Source of the DNA: Auanema rhodensis
Taxonomy: Eukaryota > Animalia > Nematoda
Length of the DNA stretch: 64,000 bases
NCBI GenBank assembly: GCA_964057225.1
Contig: OZ059899.1
Span: 15,066,001-15,130,000 of the forward strand
Direction of reading: 5' to 3'
Shown: positions 39,802-52,080 of the stretch, in pieces
Layout of the letters: every line of letters begins with the position of its first letter
Position numbering within the stretch: the stretch's first letter is position 1
The notes under the pieces: model-generated
The model's input: the letters and a program-made list of their open reading frames with translations, nothing else
The model's database searches: none
What the model was told of the DNA's origin: nothing
Program-made: the position numbers and the translations under genes

Positions 39802-40595
39802 CGAATGTTTTTGATCCAAGAAGAGCATCATTGATGAAAGGATTTTTAACTTATTCTTCAACAATGAATAAACAAAATAAGATATTATGACTTACAAAAT
39901 AAATAAATATATTAAGAATAGAAAAGGTAATCTAACATTCTGTATTCCATTGAGTCGTATTTTCGGATTTGCTGAATACTACAACAAAATAATTTATAGA
40001 AGGAAACATCAGTTATCACTCTACAGATCTCCAGAAAACAAGAATTCTTATGTTTCCTCAGATTCTACAAAATTTAAAGTTAAGATAACTATTAATAAAC
40101 TATAATTTATAATTTCAAAAATTCCTTGCAATGCAAAATAAATACATTTGAGAGCAATAAGCTCATTCAAATATCTTTTATCTCTCGTCAATTTCAGAAT
40201 TATAATATTTCAAATCCTAATCAAGAATTTACTTGGACCTATTACTAGAAACTAAATATGATAAAATACCTTGTAATTGCTTTTCAGACTGCTAGAGACA
40301 AGAACTATCTAAATGCTGTAAAGTTCGATAATTGTGGGCTTGAATGCCTGAAGTTTGATTTTGATAAATTCAATGATGTTCAAAAGTACAATTTTGCCAA
40401 ATAATTCAGAAATAGCTATTATGATTCATTCAAAGATTATATTTTCATGAAAGAAGATGTTTATTATTATTATTATCCTTTATTAGTATTTGATGTTTCT
40501 AAACAAAAGAATTGAATTATTCAAATTCTCTTAATTTTGAGTGAAAATATTGTTAAAGTCAAGGATAATAGAGTTAAAGTTGTCAGTGTATAGTA
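39802..40595 (+). pseudogene. Maverick/Polinton (adintovirus-like) major capsid protein remnant, 5'-truncated
   Basis: Frameshifted motifs ASLMKGFLTYS, FCIPLSRIFGFAEYYNKIIYRRKHQLSLYRS, YLVIAFQT..KFDNC and YPLLVFDVSKQ. Confidence 0.68.
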
Positions 40596-40623
40596 GTACA
40601 CATAGATTATTTTCAATAATTAT

Positions 40624-41420
40624 TTAAATCTTCATATCAAATACAAGAATTAAACTTATCTGGATCCATACCAGTTGACAACATTTCTTTGATTCTTTCC
40701 AAGTTTTATGTTTTATCACTTTTTCGATTTTATATTCTTTAGTAGGATTATTATACAGAGTAAGTTGTTCTTCATAAAATTTTAATTTAATTTCTTCATG
40801 CTGCTTGGTCTCTAATGAAATACATAGTTGGATCACTCAGGTGATCTTCAGATATCTTAAACTGTACTCCAACTCTGAATTTTGTATTTATTTCTTTTTC
40901 TATTTTAGAAGTTTCAATTGGAATCATTTTGGAATCATAGAATGATAATGATTATTATAACTTTTTACCAAATCTTTGAGAATATCAACCCATTTATGAT
41001 TTCCTTGATGAGTAAATATTTTCCACATTTTCTCTTTCAAGGTTCTATTAAATCTCTCTACTATTGAAGCTTTCTTATCGAAATAAGTCGAGAAATTAAT
41101 AATTTCTAATGTTTTTAAACGTTTATTAATTTCTTTATTATAATATTCTTTTACATTATCAGTTTGAATCATTTTTTGGTTTTCTTTTACTCTGAGTAAA
41201 ACTTGATTTAAAGTTTCTTTGTCTGTTTTACTCTTTAGAGGAATGAGCCATGTAAACTTTGAAAAACCTATACCTATAATAGCCAAGAGATACCAAAAAC
41301 CTTCATTTTCATCTGAATATGGAATCATTTCTATAAGATCTGATTGTCATTGTTCATCTATTCCATTGAAATAAACTCTTTGACTCTTGAAGTTTTTACG
41401 AGTTGGCAGTACCAACACTA
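40624..41420 (-). pseudogene. Maverick/Polinton retroviral-type integrase with C-terminal chromodomain, decayed
   Basis: GIDEQ*QSDLIEM..NEGFWYLL..FSKFTWLIPLKSK, IQTDN.KEYYN, KASIVERFNRTLKEKMWK.FT..WVDIL.DLV.SYNN.YHS and FYEEQL..YKIEKVI..LVW. Confidence 0.88.
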
Positions 41421-41649
41421 TGTAGCCGTTATCGGATATTATAGATTCAGATGTAAATTGATTTAGGTAGATGAAATAGTTTTCGAAAAGTAATCATCTC
41501 TAGTAGAAGTTCATCGTCATCTCTCTGGTATTTCGGTGATCCTACCTTTTCCTTAATTTCTTTTTGAAGATAAAATATTTATTCTTGATAATTCTCATAA
41601 AACTTTAGCTTATAATCATAAAAGAATTGTGGATAAAACAATCATTTTA

Positions 41650-41994
41650 ATAACAAATTAGTGATAAAACTATCTTTTGATAATCAGTAGTTTATAAAAG
41701 TTTCAAGAGTAATAAACAATAACAGAAATCTTTGAGATGTTTGTTTACTTCTTCTGATGGATCTAATCCAAACGAGTCAAAGTAGTAACATTCTTCGGTT
41801 TTCTTAGATTAACAGACTCAATGAGTTCCTTTAGTCTGAATTTACAATACCTACTTCTCTTGGAAGTATCTTAGTATCCTGCCAAAAGTATCTCTGATGA
41901 AAATATCACAAAAATTCTTGATTCCCAGTACTTTTACAAACTCTTCGAGGTTAATGTTGGTCAATTATTTAAGGTCTTTCTTCAAAGTAGTCAT
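41650..41994 (-). pseudogene. Maverick/Polinton adenain-type cysteine protease remnant
   Basis: Minus strand reads LTNINLEEFVKVLGIKNF..GTH*VC*..CYYFDSFGLDP, a GTHW/YFDSFG protease motif with stop codons. Confidence 0.72.
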
Positions 41995-42316
41995 TTATTA
42001 AGTTTATTTTTATTTGAAAATGTTCAAAAGCTGAAATTTAAAAAAAGGGGTACCTGGCAAAATGGACAACTGCTTTGATCATTTTTTAAAAATGATACAT
42101 TCTGAGAAAATTAAGACATGTTTTCACTTCAAAAATGCCTTTAAATGGCATTTGGGCAAAAACTGTCCCAGCGTTAACACTTTTAACAACACTCTCTTCA
42201 AATTAATTAAATGCTTTATATTGATTTTTGTAATTTTTAATAAAAATTTCTATTTAATCAATAATTGTATAATTTAATTAAAAGAAAATATTTACTTAAA
42301 TCAATCATATATCACA

Positions 42317-43001
42317 AGAATTCAAAAAGTTATTTGAGAAAAAGCTGTATCTCCTCTCCACCCAGATGGAGAGAGTTGAGCCAAATGTTGACGTCATTCT
42401 ATTCTGGGTATCTGAATCGTTCAGAAAGACGTCCATTACTTGATCTATTAAACATCTTTTCATAATCTTTTGGATAAAAACTTCTCAAATCTTCTCTTAA
42501 ACATCATTTTGACGGCTTCTTCTCAATTCTTATGTTCCATCTTCTCAAATTAAACCATCTACAGTAATTAAAGAAGAAATCTTTGATCAGTTTTAATTTT
42601 TATAAAAATAATTTCGTTTTTCTTAAAAAAGTAAAATGTTCAATGATTTTACAAAGTAAATATTTCCATTTGTTGTCTCTTAGTTAACTTTTCTTTTGTA
42701 CTTATGACGTTCGTATTTTTTTTGTTTCAAACTCTCAAAAGAATCAAATTTATCTAAATACTTAAGGATTTCTTATTGAAATATTTAAAAGAAAAATAAT
42801 CAATATATATAATTTATATAATTAATTATAGTTAAAAATTTTGTTTAACTATATGTAAAGTTGTTTAAACTGTTATAAGATATTCATTTTTTGAATTTTT
42901 GACACAATTTCTATTAGAATTCTATTAATAGGATTAAGAAAATAATTTATAATATACTATAAGTAATCAAACCAAAGAATGTTGTTGCAAACTTCTAAGT
43001 T

Positions 43002-43055
<54 letters not shown>

Positions 43056-43476
43056 CTTGAAAGTATACATTGCTTCAAACGAGAAACAAGGGTCTTCCCC
43101 CTCAAAGTTTTGGATTAAAATACCTTCCGTAATCAGCAAATAGAAGAAAAGACAGTTAAACAAGATGAGAAATTGAGAAAATGAAGAAGAAAAAGACAGA
43201 AGATGAAACATTGTGGGAGGTTTGCAGGAGGTATGATAATCCCGTAACCAGTATTACTGGTCCAAAATCCTCTTTAAGTTCTTTCAACTATTCTCCGTCG
43301 ATAACTTATTTGCAACATTCTAATGATCATTTTGCTCTGTCGTTCAAAATCTGAATTCAACTGTTTATGGAATCATTAACTATATTAATATTATATTTTA
43401 ACTATATTATTATATTCAAGTTTTAGGGTAAAAACATGTCGGATTATGTGCCTGTTGCCCACATGTTCCGAATGGT
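42317..43476 (-). repeat. Right inverted arm
   Basis: Reverse complement of the left arm with only a few substitutions (e.g. ~42531, ~42901-42906, and one in the microsatellite). Confidence 0.93.
43195..43375 (+). pseudogene. Possible Merlin (IS1016/IS1595-like) transposase fragment inside the arm (mirror copy ~38742-38922, minus strand)
   Basis: DRR/ETLWEVCRRYDNPVTSIT..QHSNDHFA../VQN../LWNH loosely follows the Merlin order DRxxxTL..PGTxI, NHS..F, TQxIE.LW. Confidence 0.35.
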
Positions 43477-43604
43477 TTTTCGAGCACAACTTGACGAGTA
43501 AGTTCATTTGAAAGAATATTTCATATAAATCTTATTAGTGTCTTTACTATTACGTTTAATCAGTTTTAATAAGACAATGAAAGAAAAAGGAATGTGTGTG
43601 TGTG

Positions 43605-43639
<35 letters not shown>

Positions 43640-46600
43640 GGGTTGGGGAGTGGGTCAGAAGAACTGATTTGGTTGGCAACTTAACAAACTTGATGAATCA
43701 ACTTTGTGTTTTTCCTTTCTTAATTGATTACATTGATAGATAAACGTGAATAGTTGTCAGCGAATATTTGTTTATTTATTAAATTTGAAATTAGATTTTT
43801 ATAAGAAATACTGTTGTTTATTACATTCATATACATAATTATATCAAAAAATGTACTTTTGAGTGCAATTAAATGTCATTTTTTGAAATTTTTCATTAAT
43901 TTTAATTAAAAAACTTCAAAATATATCAGTATAATATATAATCTTGATCCTCTCTTCCTATTTTCTGAAGTTATCTCATAATTTCTTCTTTCTATTCCCA
44001 TAATATAATAAATTCACTGTTTTCTAGTTTTAAAATTAATTATTACATATAATTAAAAAGAAAACTGTTTTCCGAGACATTTATGATCCGTACGGGACCT
44101 TTTTTCTTTTTGCAATTATCAGATGTGTTACCTACATCCATAAGATTGCGAATAGTTATGACTATATTTGCATTTCGGCCATCTAAGTGTGTGCATCCCC
44201 CTCCCCTTCAATCTCTCATTGTTCTCTTTATCTTTCTCTTATATACCCCGAGGCAACTTTCTCCTACAACCTCTGTCTTGATGCAAGAGTGAGAAAAGAT
44301 AGAGATAAGAAGTATCAATCGTTCTTCTTCTCTCGTCCTTAGAAGAAGATGAAGAAGAAGACGACGACGACGACGACGATGACAACGACAATCTTACATT
44401 AAATTTGTCGGTAAAGACACAATACATCAATAGATCAAAATCGATTATTATCTTAATTTGAAGAACAGTCATACATGTACTCCTCATCTCTTCCATCTCC
44501 TCTATTTCGCCCTAAGGCGTTGTTCTGTCCTCATTAATCGTTTGTTTCTTGGCCTTTCCCATCTCTACTACTCTTATCATCATCAATACCATCATAATGT
44601 ACGACTTTCTTCATATTCATTCTACTATTTCGAATAAGCATAAGCTTCATTCCTTTCTTGTAACTCAGATTTTAGCCTCAATCCCTTGATAAACAAACAA
44701 GCAAACAAATAAATAAACAAACAAACATTGTTATCCCTTGTCCCTATCAGTTTATTTCAACATTCTCTTCATATTTCTATGATTATTCCTCTTCTTCTTC
44801 CTCCTAATACTTCGTTTATTCTAAATATTCAACTTTCTAATCTAATAATTCAAATTTTCAAAAAGTCGAATCATCACCATCTAAGATCTTTGATCATCTG
44901 GGATACTATCTGTTCGAATTGCTTTTTCCTTCAACCTCATCATCATCATGAAAGACGGCAGCAACCCCCCCCCCCCAACCCACACCATCAATATCATTCA
45001 TCGTTAGACCCGATTCTCCAGATTCTTTGAAACCAAAATTTCTTCAGCTTCATCATCATATCTATCATATTTGTTTCTGATATGCTATATGCATATGATT
45101 ACCTTTTCTTTTATTTCATTTTAACTGTCAACATTTCTTCTCATAGAAACTCAAATCTAATAATCTATTCGTGTTCGTCTTCTTAACCATATCATGCTTA
45201 TACTACTGATAATGATGACTAACAAGTTCAATTGTTAATCAGCTTTACATTCAAACATTCTTTGCAACTTTTCTTATTCGAACATTTTCTAGCAACTTCA
45301 ATATACAAACAACCATATCTCTCATGTGGATTTCCTCTACACTTTACAAGCTTATTAGTATTAACATCTCAATTTCAAAAACACACAAATACACACATAA
45401 CTATTGTTTTTTAATTTATTTTCTTTTAAATTAATTAATCTTATTCTTAATCAACTCTTCAGGTGATTTATAAATCTTCAAATACTTCTATCATTCATCT
45501 ATCTTCATCAACAAATTCATTTTTAAACTGTTCTTCCTGTTGATAAATCGTTTCTTCAACAAAAAAAAACAAAAAAAAACTGAAATCATTCTAAGTTTAA
45601 ACAAAGTTTTAACAATAAAAGTAAATTGACTTCTTCTTTATCATCATCATTATCTTCTTCTTATTCTTCTTTTTCTTCGTCTTCTTCTTCTATTATTCTG
45701 AAAAAAGGACATTTAGAAACTTAAAGCTTAAAGCATTGCTAAGTATTACAACTTACAACCATTACTAGTACCATCTTCCATCAGCTAATGATGTTCTTTA
45801 CAATCAAGCTTACCACAACAATGCCTTTTACAAATCATTGACATCGTCTATATTTATCCTTAGCTTTTCTTTTTCTATCATCATTCTTCCAAAAACTTTT
45901 ATTTTCCTTTCTTTATTTTTCTCTACAAATTATATTTTATTTATTAAATTCTCTCTTTCACTCTCTTTCTCTCTTTCACCTTCTCTCTCTCTCTTTCTCT
46001 CTCTGTTACTCTTTCTCTCTCTCTTTCGAGACCAAAATAACCTCTGCCATACTTTGATTGGACTTATTTTGGACTAACTTTCATATTGCTTTACTCTGTT
46101 GTGTATATTCAATCATATTTTTTTCACCCAAAAAATGATCAAACTACATATGTATCAGTTACTAAAACTAAGAAACATGAATATACAAGCATTACTTTAA
46201 CTATACTATATATATATCATTAACTATTACATATATATATAAATAATATAAATAATATAAATAATAATAATATATTTAATATAAATTAATTTATATTATT
46301 CTTTAACTATATATATATATAATATTTGTATTAAAGTAATATTACACATACTCATATTTTATAATTAATTTATTTGAAAATAAAAAGAAAATGAATGAAA
46401 ACGATATTAGTCATATGTGATTAAGTCAAAATACTTCTTCTTTTCATTTCGTATATAAAACTTTTTCTTTTCAATTCTTCATTTATTATATTAACTATAA
46501 TTATAATTTATATTCAAATTAATTTAAATAATAATAAATCTTATTTTATTTTCATCATCATTAACATCAGTAATCATTGATTTTATATAAAAAACAACAA

Positions 46601-47020
46601 CATTTTCTTTTTTTTTTATTTGTTTGATTTTAGCAACTTGTATCCTGCAACTTGTATCTTAGAACTTAATCTATCTTCTTCTTCCTCTTCCTCATCATCT
46701 CAATATCTTTCTCTCTCTCTCTCTCTCTTATACATTATTTTTCTTTATCTCTTTATCTCTTTATCTCTATTTCTCTTTATGTTTTTATGTTTTAATTTTC
46801 TATTATTATCCTATTACCTAAGATTTGCACCTGATATTCGTTTTCAACAACTCATAGTTTGACATTAAAGATAAGATATATTTGAAAACAGTCACTATTT
46901 TTCATAAAAATGAGAAAAAGAATTTTTTTATTTTTTGAAAATTATTTAATTATATGAAATTAAGTTGTTATTTGATATTTAACTATATTTATGAAGATTA
47001 GCATATATGCTATGATATGC

Positions 47021-47055
47021 TCACGTAACTGTTCACGTAACTGTTCACGTAACTG
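47021..47055. repeat. Three tandem copies of TCACGTAACTG(T)
   Basis: Three copies of a 12-bp unit ~110 bp upstream of the ATG at 47167. Confidence 0.85.
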
Positions 47056-47166
47056 AATTTTCATCATTTTGGGTTAATATCGTTCTGATGACACAAAACT
47101 ATAATTCTTTTATTTTTTAAATTTCTTTTAATTTTATATTTTATCAGAATTGCTTCAACTGGAGTC

Positions 47167-50100
47167 ATGCCTTCAGCTAATGGAGCTTTGTCTAAACTAC
47201 TTTGCTCATGCTATTCGCCATCAGCTGCATCAGCTTCAAGAGTAAATGGATCAGCCGTTTCTTCAACAGATTCACCATCTCGACGACATCTGATGAAGAA
47301 TCAGAATAATGACGATGATGGTATGGGATTATATCTTCTAGTTCATACCTTTAATATCATCATTACAGCATATCCATATGAAGCTGCTGTTAAGGACAAC
47401 GACAACAGCACATCAGCTCCTTCATTTCAGTCAGAAGCATTAAATGCTGCTGATGCTGATAAGAATGAACGTCTAAACAAAGATCACCATCACGTGCATC
47501 ATGATGACAATCGTCTGGATTCCAATCAGTCACCAGTTCATCCTCACATCAGTGAGCCATCTGAGGTACGTGCTAGAAGCTTAAATTTCATTTTTGTGAA
47601 CCCTTATTCCTGGCTACGTGATATTACTAACAGCTATCTCATCTCTCATGTTTGAACAGTAGAGGTAGAAATGAAAGAGGACGATTTTTCTGAATTAAAT
47701 TGACTGGTCATTTTTATTTTTCTCTAAATCTCTTATCGCTCACCTTAATTTGTATTCATCTCTCTTGTATACCTCGTATACATCATCGACCCATTTACCA
47801 TTAAAGGGCAGAACTTCTCTTAAGTTCCTCTTCATTTTTCGTATGTTTTTCCTTCGCAATACATTTCCTCTCTTAACCACAATCTCATCTTCCTGTTTCT
47901 TGAAGACATAGACATGACAACTAGGTCACACACATAAGCAGCCTTCTTCCCCCTCTCTTTTTCTTTTTTTCTCTCTTTCTCTCACTTTCTCTCTCTCTTT
48001 CTCTCCCTTTGTGCCTTCCTCTCTTTCTTTCCCTCGTTCTGTTCCTTAACCTCCTTCAATGACGCAGCTTCAACTACTTCTGTAGTCTTTATCGTTCAAG
48101 TGAAAACTTTGTCATTAACTGAATTTTAGCTTTTTCTGAATTTGAAATTGAACTTATTGAGTATTTGGTCTTCAAACCGTCAAGAGCAGTTCACGCAAAT
48201 TCTTGCGCTTTCTCTCCCTCTAACTCCCTCTCCCTCTCTCCCTATCTCGCTCTCTCTTTTCTTTTTTGGTCTCGATCACATACTGCCAATGCTTACCGTT
48301 TGCTGATACAAAGAACGTGAAAACATTAACGTACCTCCATACCATTCTTCTCCTACCCCCCGTCGCAGAAAAAAAAAACTGTAATCGGCTTGACCTTTTT
48401 TCTTTAAATAATTGGAAATATTTGAACATTCGATGATAATCCGATCTTTCTGACCTTTCCTCTTTGCTATATGTGTTCTTAATCAGTTGAATGAGTCAAG
48501 AAAAGAAATAAAAATTCTCTCAAGACGAACAATGAGAAAGTAAGGGAATGAAAGCAAAAAAATTCTTTTTTTTTTCCGTTTGACTTCATGACGTAATAAC
48601 AGCAATCTGAAGCAATTTTCCGTCTAATTTCATCTTATGGTGTTTTGATGTTGGGAAATGTATTGTTAGATAGTTACTCAAGTGATGCTTCATTCATCCA
48701 TCTTCTACTTTCATCATCATCCTCCTCGTCGTTGTCATCGTTGTCCACGACTTCAAAGATGTCGACGTTGTTCATCTTCTCGTGACCCCTCATTTCCTGT
48801 CGATTTTCCGTTGTGAATTCAGTCTCTGTGTTCTTACCCCCAATTACCCTCGAAAAGTCATATCGTTTTCAATTTCTATTTTCATCTGTTTTTTGTCATC
48901 AGGTCCCCACTTGTTGCTTACTTTCTTCGTTTCTTTCTTTTTCATCTTTCTTCATCCTTTTTTTTTCTGCCGAACAACGTATGTTTCAGCAAAATCTATA
49001 AATAGATATATACCGTGTTGATAATAAAGTATCCACCTGTAATAAGGTGATACATCTGGCTCAATCACTTGTTAAACGTGTGCAGATGTTACCTAGAACA
49101 TATAGTGCTGGTTGAACTGATCATTGGTCTCATCTCTACATGTTTAGGTAGCGGTGCTGATGACAATAAATTTCAGTATCTACAAATTCAAACATCCATA
49201 TTGTTGTTTAATTCTAAAATTCAGAAGTGCCTCAGGGCAATACATCAACATACTAATCTCACCATCTCCCCTCTTTCTCGCTGCCTTACACATTCTTTTT
49301 CCCCATTTTCTCATTTTTTCCAATATTTTCCAGTAGAGCTTGATTTATTTGTTTATTTGTACATGGTAAATAGATATTTATTCTCTAACTATTCCAATAA
49401 TCATCTTCGAAATGTTAATAGCTGACCTTAAAAGTAAATAAGTTGGAAGTAAGTTTTGCGATAACTGAAGCTCCATTACACATGTTCATGTTGTTGTTGT
49501 TGCTGCTGCTACAGATGTGGTTGCTGCTCTGAATGTCCTTTGTCGGCTTTCAGGAGGAAAAAACAGTTTCCGATTTCTCTCACACATTCTCTATTTACTT
49601 TGGAACAATTCACATGACCGATGACCATCTATGGTTAATGCTCATTCACCTCATTCAGCTCTTTACTTTCCGTTTTCATTCTCATCGTTGCTTGTCCTCT
49701 TCTTCCTCAGCTTGTTCAAGCTGTTTTTGGAAGAAAAAAATAAGATGAAAAGAAGAAGACCGGTGTCCTAGGTAGACAGTGTAAACGAATGGGCGACGAG
49801 AGAAGCATGCAAGCCGCTACTAGCTGGCTAAGTTGCTAATCAGCTCAAACAGCAGCACCAGAGACATTATTGTGGTGAGGCTGCCTCCTGCATCATTTCA
49901 TCAGCAACTAGCATAACGGAATGGACGCCGAAATGAAGACGAGATGAGAGTTTGATGTTGCCTCAGGGCATTAGTCTTCCGACAATCAACAATGGCTTTT
50001 TGATGCAGCTCTTTGTTTTCTCCTTAACTGCTCATACTGAGTCAGTAGCAGCTTATTTCGTTTTCTCTTTACCTCCTATCATATGTGATATTCAGCTACA

Positions 50101-52031
50101 CATGTACAGAATCTGTATTACTATACATGATATCTCATGATATCTCACGATTCAGAAGCTATAAACGATGTTTTCAAATACAAACTTCAACTTTTATCTT
50201 TGTCTTTCATATCATTGACAATACCTACTTGACATGACATTGGATTTGTCAGGTTCCAACTAGCACTACGACGACAGGGCACAGACGCACGTTGTCGTCG
50301 CCATCGTCGTAGACGTCGACATCTGCGTCGTCATCATTATCGTTGTCTTCGTCATTCGTCGTTGTCAAGCTCTCTTACCCAATCCCACGTCCCTTTCATC
50401 ATCATCCATACTATACATATCACACAATTGGCCTTGAAATTACCGCCCAACCCGCAAAAAAAAATTGAAAAAGTATTAGTAATGAGACCAATTTTGATTT
50501 TATTTAATTAACTCTCAATTCATTATGTGTTCTTAATTTGTATTCTGTGTAACTGTATTTCACACCATTACGATTACTTTAATAATCATTTGGCATTGAT
50601 CCAAAGTAATATTTAAGATTTTCGTTATTAACTATGCTCATATAGTAAAGATAATTATAGAATAATGCAACTTATCTATTTTTATAAGAAAGTTAATCGA
50701 AATGCAAACGAAAGATTAGAATTTCTTCCTCTCCTTCTTCTTCTTCTGTCGTTGAACGCCACTTAGTTGCCGATTGCTCGACTAACGATGATGATACAAA
50801 GTATGATGTGATGAAAAACCTTAATGAATCGAACTTTTCCATAATTCTCTTTTAATCTTTTGATCATTTCTCTCAATCATATCGTTAACTGTCTATATGT
50901 ACTTCCTGTGAACTTTTGTATTCATCGTCCAGTTAACCTACAGATGAAAGGTCGGTGCCATGTTGCTATGGATGACAGCATCTATACGGTTGTTTCATTT
51001 GATTCAAGCTTTTGAAATATTTGTGCATCTCAACTATCTTTAAAAAGTCCTGCGTATTGGTAAAGAGAGAGAGAGAAAGAGAAAAAAAAACATAGAGAGA
51101 GAGGAAAACTGCTGGAAGTCCAATTATAGATTGTTGTGTAACTGGAACTTGACTAGATCACTTGTCACGTCATCTGATTTTGACATATACACATTGCCTC
51201 TACATCATCACCATCATCATCATCATCATCGGAAGGGTTTTGTATATTAAGCCGATGACAGCAATAACCATTAACTATGTCTTCACATATCCTTTCGCTC
51301 TCTCTCTATCTCTCTCTTACCCCTTTCCAACTTTCTATACCTCTCTCTCTCTCTCCCTCTCTCCCCCCTTTCTCTCTCTCCCTTTTGTACTTAACTCTTT
51401 TTTCCTTTATTTCACCTCTTTATCCAACTGCCCACCTCGCATACATCATTCCTCTGCTGCTACATCAGGAATTTTTTTTTTCGCAAATGTTTGCTGAAAA
51501 ACAAATATACATACATACATTGCCTCAGGCTAGTATTCAATGTGGTTGGCTTGCTTATTATCCTTCTTGTTTTACCTCATCGTGTAGCTGAGCCTTATGG
51601 CCTGACGCTCTTCGTAATCAGTATCTTTGATGATATGACACTTCAATTTGTCTTTTTCAACATTGTCATATGTGTGTTCGATGAAAGAGAGAAGACCTGT
51701 TCCAACCATATACGATCATTATCATCATCCTTATCAAACTATCAGATGCAAAAGGCTTTATCGATGATATCGTTATCATTTGGATTCGTTGCGGTTTCCA
51801 TCGACGACCGTTGATGACGGCGACCACGGCGATGGCTGAGAAGACGTCGTCGTTAACGATGTTGGACATTCCCCGTACTCCTCATATTCGCCTGTGGCGA
51901 TGTATCATAGTTTTCAGACTCATAGGTATCTTATGTTTGTGGATATGTATTCTTCATCTTTTTCACTCTCCCTCTCGATATCTACATAATCCAAAGTCAC
52001 TTTCTCTTCTCGTAGCCTTTCTTCTAATATC

Positions 52032-52080
<49 letters not shown>

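Larger units (their letters stand above)
38641..43476. mobile_element. 4.8-kb foldback/composite element with 1.16-kb inverted arms enclosing Maverick/Polinton gene remnants
   Basis: 38641-39801 is the near-exact reverse complement of 42317-43476 (both give the same 84-aa ORF in the track). The unique centre carries capsid, integrase and protease motifs. Confidence 0.9.

Noticed and set aside
42040-42200. GGGGTACCTGGCAAAATGGAC-type sequence resembling another transposon end
   Set aside because: No partner repeat or TSD was found in the window.
51150-51170. TGACTAGA miR-279/miR-44-like seed
   Set aside because: No complementary arm to form a precursor hairpin.
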